DNA of 64,000 bases from Deltaproteobacteria bacterium (GTDB lineage Bacteria; Myxococcota_A; UBA9160; SZUA-336). Below are positions 56,681 to 64,000 of the stretch, in pieces (positions within the stretch are counted from its first letter, which is position 1; each line of letters starts with the position of its first letter). Both the position numbers and the translations under genes were made by a program. Below the pieces are notes generated by a model. It saw only the letters and a program-made list of their open reading frames with translations. It ran no database searches and had not been told where the DNA came from. Location of the stretch: NCBI GenBank assembly GCA_031396695.1, contig JANNLG010000171.1, positions 6,053 through 70,052 on the forward strand, given 5' to 3'.

Positions 56681-58645
56681 ATGAGCTCGACCGAACTCAC
56701 CCCGAACGATTCGGGGACGGACCTCGACCTGTGGGGTCAACTGCGCGTGGTGCGGCGCTGCCTGCCGCTCCTGCGCGGCGTGCGCCGACACCTCGTGGTG
56801 TTGCTTCTCTCGATGGCCGCGCTCGCGCTCGTCGGCTTCGCGAGCTTCCTGGTCTACGCGCCCGCGCTCTGGAACGGCGCGTTGCAGGGCCAGCCGATCT
56901 CGGAGCTCGCCGCGCGCGCGGTCGGCATGGCGCCCGAGCGGGTCGCGCACGTGGAGGCGCTTGACGCTCCGCTGCGCCGCGCGCTCGCGGAGCGCCTCAC
57001 CTGGATGCTCGCCGGACTCAGCGTCTCGATCGCCGCGGGGATCATGGCGGTCGGCTACTACGGCATCTGGATCCTGCAGCGCGTGAACCAATCGCTGCGG
57101 CTGCAGCTGGTCGATCGCCTGCAGACGCTCTCGCTGCGCTTCCACGATCAGAGCCGCGTGGGCGACGCGATCTACCGCACCTATCAGGACAGCGCGATGG
57201 TCACGCAGGTCGTCCAGTCGTACATCATCGCGCCGATCGCCGGCGCCACGCAGGCGGTCACGCTGACGCTCGTGCTGGTCGCGTTCTCGCCCGCGCTCGC
57301 GCTGGCGCTCGCCGCGACCTGGCTGCCGCTGCTCGCGCTCGGGCTGTGGTTCTCGAAGCGCCTGCGCGCGCGCTTCCGCGTCGCACGCGAGACCAACAGC
57401 GGGCTGACCTCGCGGATCCAGGAGAGCCTCGCCGGAGTGCGCGTGATCAAGGCGTACGGGCTCGAGGGCTTCGAGCAGGCGCGCTTCGAGAGCGCCTCGC
57501 ACGCCGCGTTCGCGGGGGCGCGCGCGGCCCGCAGCCAGCTCGCGACTTTCGGCGTGCTCGTGTTCTGGGTGATCGGCGCGTCGACGCTCGCGGCCAGCGT
57601 GCTCGCCACGCTCGCGACGCGCGCCGAGTCGCCGCTCTGGATCGCGAGCCTGGTGGCTTCGCGCGGGCCGGAGTTCGCGCAGGCCTGGCTCGCGAGCGCG
57701 GGCATCGGCCTGTGGACGCTCGGCCTGTACAACGCCTGGAAAGGCATGTTCGCGTCGGGCGCAGGCAGCATCGTCGGGATCTTCCGCACCTGGGGCCGCG
57801 CGCAGGACATCGCCGTCGGGCTCGATCGCGTGTTCGAGCTGCTCGATACCGAGCCCGAGGTGCAGGACGCGCCGGATGCGATCGCGCTCGCGCCGCTGCG
57901 CGATCGGATCGCGTTCAAGGACGTGAGCTTCGCGTACCAGACGGAGCGGCCGGCACTGGTCGGTGTCAGCTTCGAAGCCAGAATCAGCGCGATCACCGCG
58001 CTGGTCGGTCCGACCGGCTCCGGCAAGAGCTCGCTGATGGCGCTCCTGCTGCGGCTCTACGATCCCGACTCGGGCAGCATCGAGTTCGACGGCGTCGACC
58101 TGCGCCGGCTGCGCGTTGCCGACCTGCGCGGAGCGATCGCGATCGCGCTGCAGGAGAACGTGCTGTTCGCCGCCAGCGTGCGCGAGAACATCCGCTACGC
58201 GGTGCCCGACGCGGACGATGCCGCAGTGCGCGAGGCCGCGCGTGTCGCCTGCGCCGACGAATTCATCACCGCGCTCCCGCAGGGCTACGACAGCATGCTC
58301 GGCGAGCGTGGCGCGAAGCTCTCGACGGGCCAGCGGCAGCGCATCACGATCGCGCGCGCGATCCTGAAGAACTCGGCCATCCTCGTGCTCGACGAGCCCA
58401 CGGCTTCGCTCGACGCCGAGACCGAGCACCGCCTGGTGCGCAATCTCGCCGCTTGGGGCGCGGGCCGCTGCGTCTTCCTGATCACCCATCGACTTTCGAC
58501 GATTCGCATGGCGGATCAGATCGTCTACCTCGACGCGGGCCGGATCGTCGAGTCCGGGCAGCACGACGCGCTGATGGCGCGAAGCGACGGCGCCTACCGC
58601 GCCTTGGTCGAGACCGAGCGCATCGACTCGCGAGTCGCGCCGTGA
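56681..58645 (+). CDS. ABC transporter ATP-binding protein/permease (exporter half-transporter 1)
   Basis: ATG 56681. A six-TM ABC_membrane region is followed by the NBD with Walker A GPTGSGKSS, signature LSTGQRQR and Walker B ILVLDEPT. Confidence 0.9.
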   Translation: MSSTELTPNDSGTDLDLWGQLRVVRRCLPLLRGVRRHLVVLLLSMAALALVGFASFLVYAPALWNGALQGQPISELAARAVGMAPERVAHVEALDAPLRRALAERLTWMLAGLSVSIAAGIMAVGYYGIWILQRVNQSLRLQLVDRLQTLSLRFHDQSRVGDAIYRTYQDSAMVTQVVQSYIIAPIAGATQAVTLTLVLVAFSPALALALAATWLPLLALGLWFSKRLRARFRVARETNSGLTSRIQESLAGVRVIKAYGLEGFEQARFESASHAAFAGARAARSQLATFGVLVFWVIGASTLAASVLATLATRAESPLWIASLVASRGPEFAQAWLASAGIGLWTLGLYNAWKGMFASGAGSIVGIFRTWGRAQDIAVGLDRVFELLDTEPEVQDAPDAIALAPLRDRIAFKDVSFAYQTERPALVGVSFEARISAITALVGPTGSGKSSLMALLLRLYDPDSGSIEFDGVDLRRLRVADLRGAIAIALQENVLFAASVRENIRYAVPDADDAAVREAARVACADEFITALPQGYDSMLGERGAKLSTGQRQRITIARAILKNSAILVLDEPTASLDAETEHRLVRNLAAWGAGRCVFLITHRLSTIRMADQIVYLDAGRIVESGQHDALMARSDGAYRALVETERIDSRVAP

Positions 58646-60603
58646 GCGGACCCGTCGAGCCGGTCGCGCGCTCTTCGGTCGAAACGCTGGCGAGCTTCGC
58701 GCGCGCGCTGCGCTACGCCGCGCCGCTGCGCGGACGCTTCGCGGCGAAGATCGGACTCACGGCGCTCTCGCTCGTGCCGATGCTGGTCCTGCCCGTGCCG
58801 ATCAAGCTGTTGATCGATCACGTGATCGGAGATCTCTCGATCGCCGATCGGATCCACTCGTATCCCATGCTCGCCCGGCCGTTCGTGCGCCTGCTCGAGC
58901 ACGCCGACTACACGGAGATCCTCGCCTGGACGATCGGCGCGCAGGCGCTGCTCCTGATCCTGATCGGGCAGATCGGCTCCGACGGCGGCGAGCGCGACCG
59001 CACCGACGCCTGGCTCGCGTCGGGCGTCGACGCCGCGACCGCGACCGAGAACGCGGCGAACGCGGGCTTCAGCTTCGCGGGCGGACTGTTCGGGCTGTTC
59101 GATTTCCGCTGGACGCTGCGGCTCACGCAGGACCTGAACCACCACTACCGAGCGAGGCTCTTCGAGCGCATCCAGAGTCTGCCGCTGCATCTGTTCGACG
59201 ACGCGCGCATCGGCGACGCGGTCTACCGCCTGATGTACGACACGCCGGCCATCACGCAGACTTGCTACCGGATCATCCTGGTGCCGACGCTCGTGCCGTT
59301 CGCGATCGCGGCCTACGCGTTCACGATCTGGGACAGCTTCGGCCAGTCGCGGCTCGCGCTGGCGGCGATCGCGTTCGCGCCGCTCGCGTTCATCGCGACG
59401 TGGCCGTTCGCGCGGCTCGTGCGCCGACAGGGCGGGCGCAGCCGCGCGGCCGGGTCCGTGTCCACGACCTCGCTCGAGGAAGGCGTCGCGAACATCTTGG
59501 CGGTGCAGACGCAGGGCGGCGAGGGCCGCGAACGCGCGCGCTTCGATCGCGACAGCGCGCGCTCGTTCGCGCAACACCGCGGCGTGATGGCGCTCGGGAT
59601 GATCGCGATCCTGGTCGCTTTCGTGCCCGGCATCGCGCTGCTGCGCTGGGTGTTTCTCGAGATCGTGGAATTGGTGATCTCGGGCGCGATCAGCCTGGGC
59701 GACTTCTCTGTGCTCTTCACCTATTTCATCCAGATCGGCGTCTTCGCGGTGATGTTCGGATCGCTCTGGTTCACGCTGCAGACTTCGGCGCCGGGCCTGG
59801 AGCGCGTGTTCTTCCTGATGGATCTCGAGCCCGAGCGCGACCCCCCCGGCGCGCGCGAGCTGCCACGCGCCACGCGCAGCCTGGCGTTCGAGGACGTCGA
59901 CTTCGCCTGGCCCGACGGCACGCCCGCGCTGCGCGGCGTGTCGTTCGAGGCGACACTCGGTCGCGTCACCGCGATCGTCGGCCCGGCGGGCGCGGGCAAG
60001 ACCACGCTGATCTACCACGTGCCGCGTTTCCTGCAGCCGACGCGCGGCCGGGTTCGCGTCGACGGCGTCGATCTCGCCGGCGTCACGCGCGATTCGCTGC
60101 GCGCGCAGATCGCGTTCATCTTCCAGGAGAGCGCGCTCTTCGACGGAACGATCGAGGAGAACCTGCGGCTCGCGAACCCGAACGCCTCCGAGCTCGAGCT
60201 GCGCCGCGCTGTGCAGATCTCCGGCGCGGACGAATTCGTGCGCCGTCTACCCGATGGCCTCGCGACGCGGCTCGGCCGCGCAGGCGCCGGGCTTTCGGTC
60301 GGCCAGAAGCAGCGCCTCGCGATCGCGCGAGGCCTGCTGCGAGACGCGCCCATCCTGATCCTGGACGAGCCGACCTCCGCGCTCGATCCCGACACCGAAC
60401 GGCGTCTGCTCGCGAGCTTGCGCGAAGCCGCGCGCGAGCGCATCGTGCTGGTGGTCGCGCACCGGCTCTCGACCGTGCGCGCAGCCGACCAGATCCTGTT
60501 CCTGCGCGACGGCGCGATCGTCGAGCGCGGCACCCACGACGAGCTGATCGCCATCCCCGGAGGCGCCTACCGCCGCTACGCGGAACTGCAGTCCGCTGGC
60601 TGA
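58642..60603 (+). CDS. ABC transporter ATP-binding protein/permease (exporter half-transporter 2)
   Basis: GTGA overlap at 58642. The TMD is followed by Walker A GPAGAGKTT, signature LSVGQKQR and Walker B ILILDEPT. Confidence 0.9.
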   Translation: MSGPVEPVARSSVETLASFARALRYAAPLRGRFAAKIGLTALSLVPMLVLPVPIKLLIDHVIGDLSIADRIHSYPMLARPFVRLLEHADYTEILAWTIGAQALLLILIGQIGSDGGERDRTDAWLASGVDAATATENAANAGFSFAGGLFGLFDFRWTLRLTQDLNHHYRARLFERIQSLPLHLFDDARIGDAVYRLMYDTPAITQTCYRIILVPTLVPFAIAAYAFTIWDSFGQSRLALAAIAFAPLAFIATWPFARLVRRQGGRSRAAGSVSTTSLEEGVANILAVQTQGGEGRERARFDRDSARSFAQHRGVMALGMIAILVAFVPGIALLRWVFLEIVELVISGAISLGDFSVLFTYFIQIGVFAVMFGSLWFTLQTSAPGLERVFFLMDLEPERDPPGARELPRATRSLAFEDVDFAWPDGTPALRGVSFEATLGRVTAIVGPAGAGKTTLIYHVPRFLQPTRGRVRVDGVDLAGVTRDSLRAQIAFIFQESALFDGTIEENLRLANPNASELELRRAVQISGADEFVRRLPDGLATRLGRAGAGLSVGQKQRLAIARGLLRDAPILILDEPTSALDPDTERRLLASLREAARERIVLVVAHRLSTVRAADQILFLRDGAIVERGTHDELIAIPGGAYRRYAELQSAG

Positions 60604-60656
60604 ATCCGGCGAGACATTGGAACGGGAGGGCCGGACGCGAAGCCGAGCGAAGTCAA

Positions 60657-61715
60657 TCAGGCGTAGCGCGAGCGCCGCTTCACCGCAAGCGCGCGCTCGA
60701 GGTAGAAGATCTCGACGCGCTTCTCGTCGCCGGGGCCGTGCTCGAACTTGTGGCCGCGCAGGATCACGTCGAGACGGCCGAGATCGGGGCGGCCCTGCAG
60801 GTCGCTCTTCGCCGCGATCTCCGTCGACGCGAACACCGTGTCGCCCGAGAAGATCGGCGCGGTGTGGCGGCCGGTCTTGTAGACGATGTCGCCCAGACTG
60901 TTGTCCGAGATGTCGGGGCTCGAGAGTCCCAAGCAGAGCGTGAAGGGAATGCCGCCGAACACGACCAGCTTGCCGCCCAGGTAGCGGCTCGGATCGCGGT
61001 CGATCATGGTCTGGTTGCAGTGCACCTGCGAGGTGTTGTCGAGCATGCCGGTCAAAAAGATGTGCTCGTCGGTCATCACGCGGCCGCGCGAGTGCTCGAT
61101 CGTGTCGCCGGGCTTGAAATCCTCGAAGTAGGTGTCGGCGTTCGAGAGGTGCGCGAGCTCGGCGTAGCCGGCGTTCGAGTCGTAGGCGGGCAGCTCGAGC
61201 GCGACGTCCACCTGCGCAGCGGGCACGTCGCCGAGATCGAGCAAGGCGTTCGCCTCGTGTCGGAACACCTGCACCTTGCGCTGGTAGGCGAGCACGATCT
61301 CGCCGGTCTGCTTGCGCGCGACGCTCTGCACGTGCACGACGCCGAGCTCGGGCCGGCTCGCCGAACTTTTCACGCCCAGCACCGTCGTCTCGGTCTCGAT
61401 CGTGTCGCCGACGAAGACCGGCGCGCCGAAGCGCATGTCGATGTACTCGAGGTTCGCGCGCGCGTTCTCGGAGATGTCCTCGACGGTCTGGCTGAACGCG
61501 ACCGCCATCACCAGGCCGGGCGGAATCGGCAGCGCGGCGTAGCCGTAGGCGCGCGCGTAGCGCAGGTTCTTGTGCAGCGGGTTGGCGGTGAACGAGAAGT
61601 CGGTGAAGTGCGCGGTGAGACCCTCGGTGACCGTGCGCCCGCCCTTGTGGCGGAACAGCTGCCCCAGACGGAAGTCCTCGAGGAAGTTGCCGGTCTTCTT
61701 GCGAATCAGTGCCAA
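60657..61715 (-). CDS. MaoC-family double-hotdog hydratase (mesaconyl-CoA hydratase-like)
   Basis: TTG 61715 with GGAGGA upstream. Product is 352 aa. The N-terminus GNFLEDFRLGQLFRH and two hotdog halves are present. The specific substrate assignment is inference. Confidence 0.75.
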   Translation of the reverse strand: MALIRKKTGNFLEDFRLGQLFRHKGGRTVTEGLTAHFTDFSFTANPLHKNLRYARAYGYAALPIPPGLVMAVAFSQTVEDISENARANLEYIDMRFGAPVFVGDTIETETTVLGVKSSASRPELGVVHVQSVARKQTGEIVLAYQRKVQVFRHEANALLDLGDVPAAQVDVALELPAYDSNAGYAELAHLSNADTYFEDFKPGDTIEHSRGRVMTDEHIFLTGMLDNTSQVHCNQTMIDRDPSRYLGGKLVVFGGIPFTLCLGLSSPDISDNSLGDIVYKTGRHTAPIFSGDTVFASTEIAAKSDLQGRPDLGRLDVILRGHKFEHGPGDEKRVEIFYLERALAVKRRSRYA

Positions 61716-61745
61716 AGGGGGGTCCTCCTGCCGCGCGGCCGGAGT

Positions 61746-63041
61746 CTAGAACTGCCCTCGTCGAGCGAGCAAGTGCGGGCGCAGAGCGCCGGCGAGGAAG
61801 ATCGAGCCGGCGATCACGATGCCGCCGTCGGAGCCGGAGCGGCGCCGTGCGAGCTCGAGCGCGCGCAGGGGATCACGCTCGACCTCGACGTCGGGAATCC
61901 CGGCCGCCCAGGCGAGCGCGGCCAGCTCGTCGGGATCGAGCGAGCGCTGCGGCTCCACCGCCGTGGCGACACAGAGCCGCGTCACGTCGCTGAGCTCGGC
62001 GACGATGCCCGCGGCGTCCTTGTCGCGCGAGACGGAGAGCAGCAGCGCGAAGCGCCGACCGGGCCAGAGCGTTTCGAGCGTGCGCCGCAGCGCGCGCGCC
62101 GAGTCGGGCGTGTGGGCGCTGTCGAGGATCACGTCGCCGATCCGCTCCAGCCGCGCGGGCAGCTCGAGCGTCTCGAGCGACGCGAGCTCCTTGGCCGTGA
62201 GCGCCCGCTCCAGGAAGCGCTCGGCCGCGTGCACCGCGAGCGCCAGGTTCACGGCCTGGTGCGCACCCAGCACGCGGCTCGAAACGGCGCGGCCGTCCTC
62301 GAGCCGGAAGGCGAGGCCCGACGCCGAGCTGTGTAGATCGGACACCTCGACGCCTTCGAGCGCGGCGCCGACCGCGATGCTCTGGGCTGCGATGGCGCCC
62401 CACGCCTCGGGATCGAGCTCGCCGTGCAGCGCCGGCACGCCGGCCCGCAGGATGCCGGCCTTCTCGCGCGCGATCAGCTCGAGCGTGCCGCCGAGCTTGT
62501 CGGTGTGCTCGAGCTGGATCGTGGTCACGACCGAGACTCGCGACTCGACGACGTTGGTCGAGTCGAGCCGGCCGCCGAGCCCGACTTCGATCGCGGCCAC
62601 GTCGACACCGGCCTTGCGGAACAGCGCGAGCGCGAGCGCGGTCGAGACGTCGAAGAAGCTCGGACACAGATCCGGGTCCAGCCGCAGGCGCTCGATCGGG
62701 GCTTGCATCGCGCGCAGCTCCGCTACCAGAGCGTCCTCGGCGACGAGCTCGCCGTCGATGCGGAAGCGCTCGCGCCAGCTCACCAAGTGCGGCGAGGTGT
62801 AGGTGCCGACGCGCAGACCGGCCGCGCGCAGGAGACACTCGGTCGCGAGCGTGACCGTTCCCTTCCCCTTCGAGCCCGCCACGTGCACGCACGGCAGACC
62901 TCGCTCGGGGCTGCCGATCGCTTCGAGCAGCGCGCGGATCGGCGCGAGCGCGAGTCGCTCGTAGTCGAACTGCGTCTTCTTCTCGCGGTTGATCAGTTGG
63001 TCGAGATAGCGCTCCGCGTCGCGCAGCGTCTGGAGCTCCAT
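61746..63041 (-). CDS. folC: bifunctional folylpolyglutamate synthase / dihydrofolate synthase
   Basis: Full-length track ORF. The segments HVAGSKGKGT, TSPHL, IEVGLGGRLD and DSAHTP match FolC. Confidence 0.9.
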   Translation of the reverse strand: MELQTLRDAERYLDQLINREKKTQFDYERLALAPIRALLEAIGSPERGLPCVHVAGSKGKGTVTLATECLLRAAGLRVGTYTSPHLVSWRERFRIDGELVAEDALVAELRAMQAPIERLRLDPDLCPSFFDVSTALALALFRKAGVDVAAIEVGLGGRLDSTNVVESRVSVVTTIQLEHTDKLGGTLELIAREKAGILRAGVPALHGELDPEAWGAIAAQSIAVGAALEGVEVSDLHSSASGLAFRLEDGRAVSSRVLGAHQAVNLALAVHAAERFLERALTAKELASLETLELPARLERIGDVILDSAHTPDSARALRRTLETLWPGRRFALLLSVSRDKDAAGIVAELSDVTRLCVATAVEPQRSLDPDELAALAWAAGIPDVEVERDPLRALELARRRSGSDGGIVIAGSIFLAGALRPHLLARRGQF

Positions 63042-63062
63042 CTTTGCTAGCCTGACTCCGTG

Positions 63063-64000
63063 ATGCCGCGCTCCGGAACGAGCGTCCGTTGGTGGGTGTA
63101 CGGTTCACCGACGCCGAAGCTCGACGCCCTCCTCGCGGATCCCGAGGCCGTCCTCGCGGGTCCCGGGATTCTTGCCCGCGAGCTGACCGGCCGCAAACGC
63201 TTCTTCCGCGTCGACGCGGGCCCGGCCGAGCCGGCCCTGTACGTGAAGGTCTTCGCGCTGCCGCCCGGCGCGAAGCGCCTGCGGTACTTTTTGCGCCGCT
63301 CGAAGGCGCGCATGGAGCACGCGATCGCCACGCGCCTCGAGCGGCTCGGCTTCGAAGTCGCCGCGCCGATCGCGGTCGGCGAGCAGCGGAGCAACGGCGT
63401 GCTCGAGAAGAGCTACTCGGTGATTCGCGAAATCGAAGCGCGCGATCTGGTGCGCGTGCTCGGCGACAACACGCTGCCGGGCGCCGAGCGCCGCGCGTTG
63501 CTCGAGCGCTTCGCGGCGCTCGCGCGAAGGCTTCACGACGCGGGCGTCGACCAGGACGACTTCGCGCCGAACAACTTCTTGGCGCGGCCGGACGGCGCGT
63601 TCGTGCTGATCGACTTCGAGCGCTGCCGCGTGCGGCGGCGGCTCGGCCACGCGCGCTGGACGCAGCTTGCGAAGCTGCACCGCCGCGATCTGGGCGTCTC
63701 GCGCAGCGACCGGCTTCGCTTCCTGCGCTCTTACCTCGGCGCGGGCAGCGGCCGCGCCGAGCGGCGCGAAGCGTGGGAGCGGATCTGGCCCGAGTTCCGC
63801 CGCATCCGACGCCACGACGCGCGCCACGCGGAGGCCTCGGCGTTCCGCGAGGGGCGCAACCTCGCGCGCCAGGGCGACACGTGGGTGATGCGCGCGCGCG
63901 CGAGCGCGAAGACGATCGCGCTCGAGCTCGACGTCGAGACTGCACGCCGCTGCTGGCTCCGCGCACAGCAGCTCGAGCGGCTCGGCCTGCCCGCGTTGCG
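63063..64000 (+). CDS. lipopolysaccharide kinase (Kdo/WaaP/InaA) family protein, 3' end beyond window
   Basis: Not in the track because there is no stop inside the window. My own translation from ATG 63063 gives MPRSGTSVRWWVYGSP...RKRFFRVD...LYVKVF...KARMEHAIATRLERLGFEVAAPIAVGE...LHDAGVDQDDFAPNNFL...FVLIDFE. It shows the kinase catalytic-loop and DFE-type motifs of the family. Confidence 0.65.
   Translation, partial: MPRSGTSVRWWVYGSPTPKLDALLADPEAVLAGPGILARELTGRKRFFRVDAGPAEPALYVKVFALPPGAKRLRYFLRRSKARMEHAIATRLERLGFEVAAPIAVGEQRSNGVLEKSYSVIREIEARDLVRVLGDNTLPGAERRALLERFAALARRLHDAGVDQDDFAPNNFLARPDGAFVLIDFERCRVRRRLGHARWTQLAKLHRRDLGVSRSDRLRFLRSYLGAGSGRAERREAWERIWPEFRRIRRHDARHAEASAFREGRNLARQGDTWVMRARASAKTIALELDVETARRCWLRAQQLERLGLPAL

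Overview
This 64 kb window is a very GC-rich, tightly packed bacterial chromosomal segment. I call about 58 protein-coding genes. Start-stop overlaps of the ATGA/GTGA/TTGA type are frequent, and most intergenic gaps are under 100 bp. I recognised no rRNA, tRNA, CRISPR array, transposase, integrase or phage gene.

Gene content is mainly housekeeping, metabolic and envelope-related:
- NDH-2, an LLM/F420-type oxidoreductase and indolepyruvate:ferredoxin oxidoreductase
- XthA, CysE and GloB
- Bfd, a LemA-TPM-TPM operon, Fur and PtsP (EI-Ntr)
- an AsmA-like protein followed by a MoxR-DUF58-BatA-BatB/C-BatD operon
- MobA and MoeA
- an NtrB/NtrC-like sigma-54 pair coupled to ThiE and a NupC-type transporter
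- a RegA-like two-component pair
- Asd and acetoacetyl-CoA synthetase
- two divergent citrate-synthase paralogues
- enoyl-CoA hydratase, an exosortase and a molybdopterin oxidoreductase
- a GNAT plus an ABC exporter pair, a double-hotdog hydratase, FolC and an LPS-kinase-family gene

Many long ORFs in the supplied track lie antisense to, or out of frame with, these genes. They are Arg/Ala/Pro/Gly-rich shadow ORFs of high-GC DNA and are not called.

Most noteworthy observations:
1. A track ORF (15094..15288, minus strand) is the C-terminal part of a 113-codon ArsC/Spx-family gene. Its CxxC redox motif has an in-frame TGA (U-x-x-C), followed by a SECIS-like hairpin, so it is a probable selenoprotein that gene callers would truncate.
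2. A Fur-box-like site lies upstream of the bfd / selenoprotein / AGE-epimerase operon, with fur about 2 kb away.
3. A near-consensus sigma-54 promoter with an upstream palindrome drives an orphan 74-aa acidic protein in the largest non-coding gap.
4. Two secreted proteins appear to start at CTG inside identical TTCTGAGCG stop-start overlaps.
5. An HTH-fused citrate-synthase paralogue sits next to a perfect 16-bp palindrome.
6. A lower-GC islet encodes a methyltransferase, a B12-radical-SAM enzyme and a glycosyltransferase.
7. An exosortase-EpsI-like fusion is embedded in a metabolic operon.

Lineage cannot be established from the sequence alone. The gene content would fit a GC-rich Deltaproteobacteria/Myxococcota-like organism, but that is inference only.
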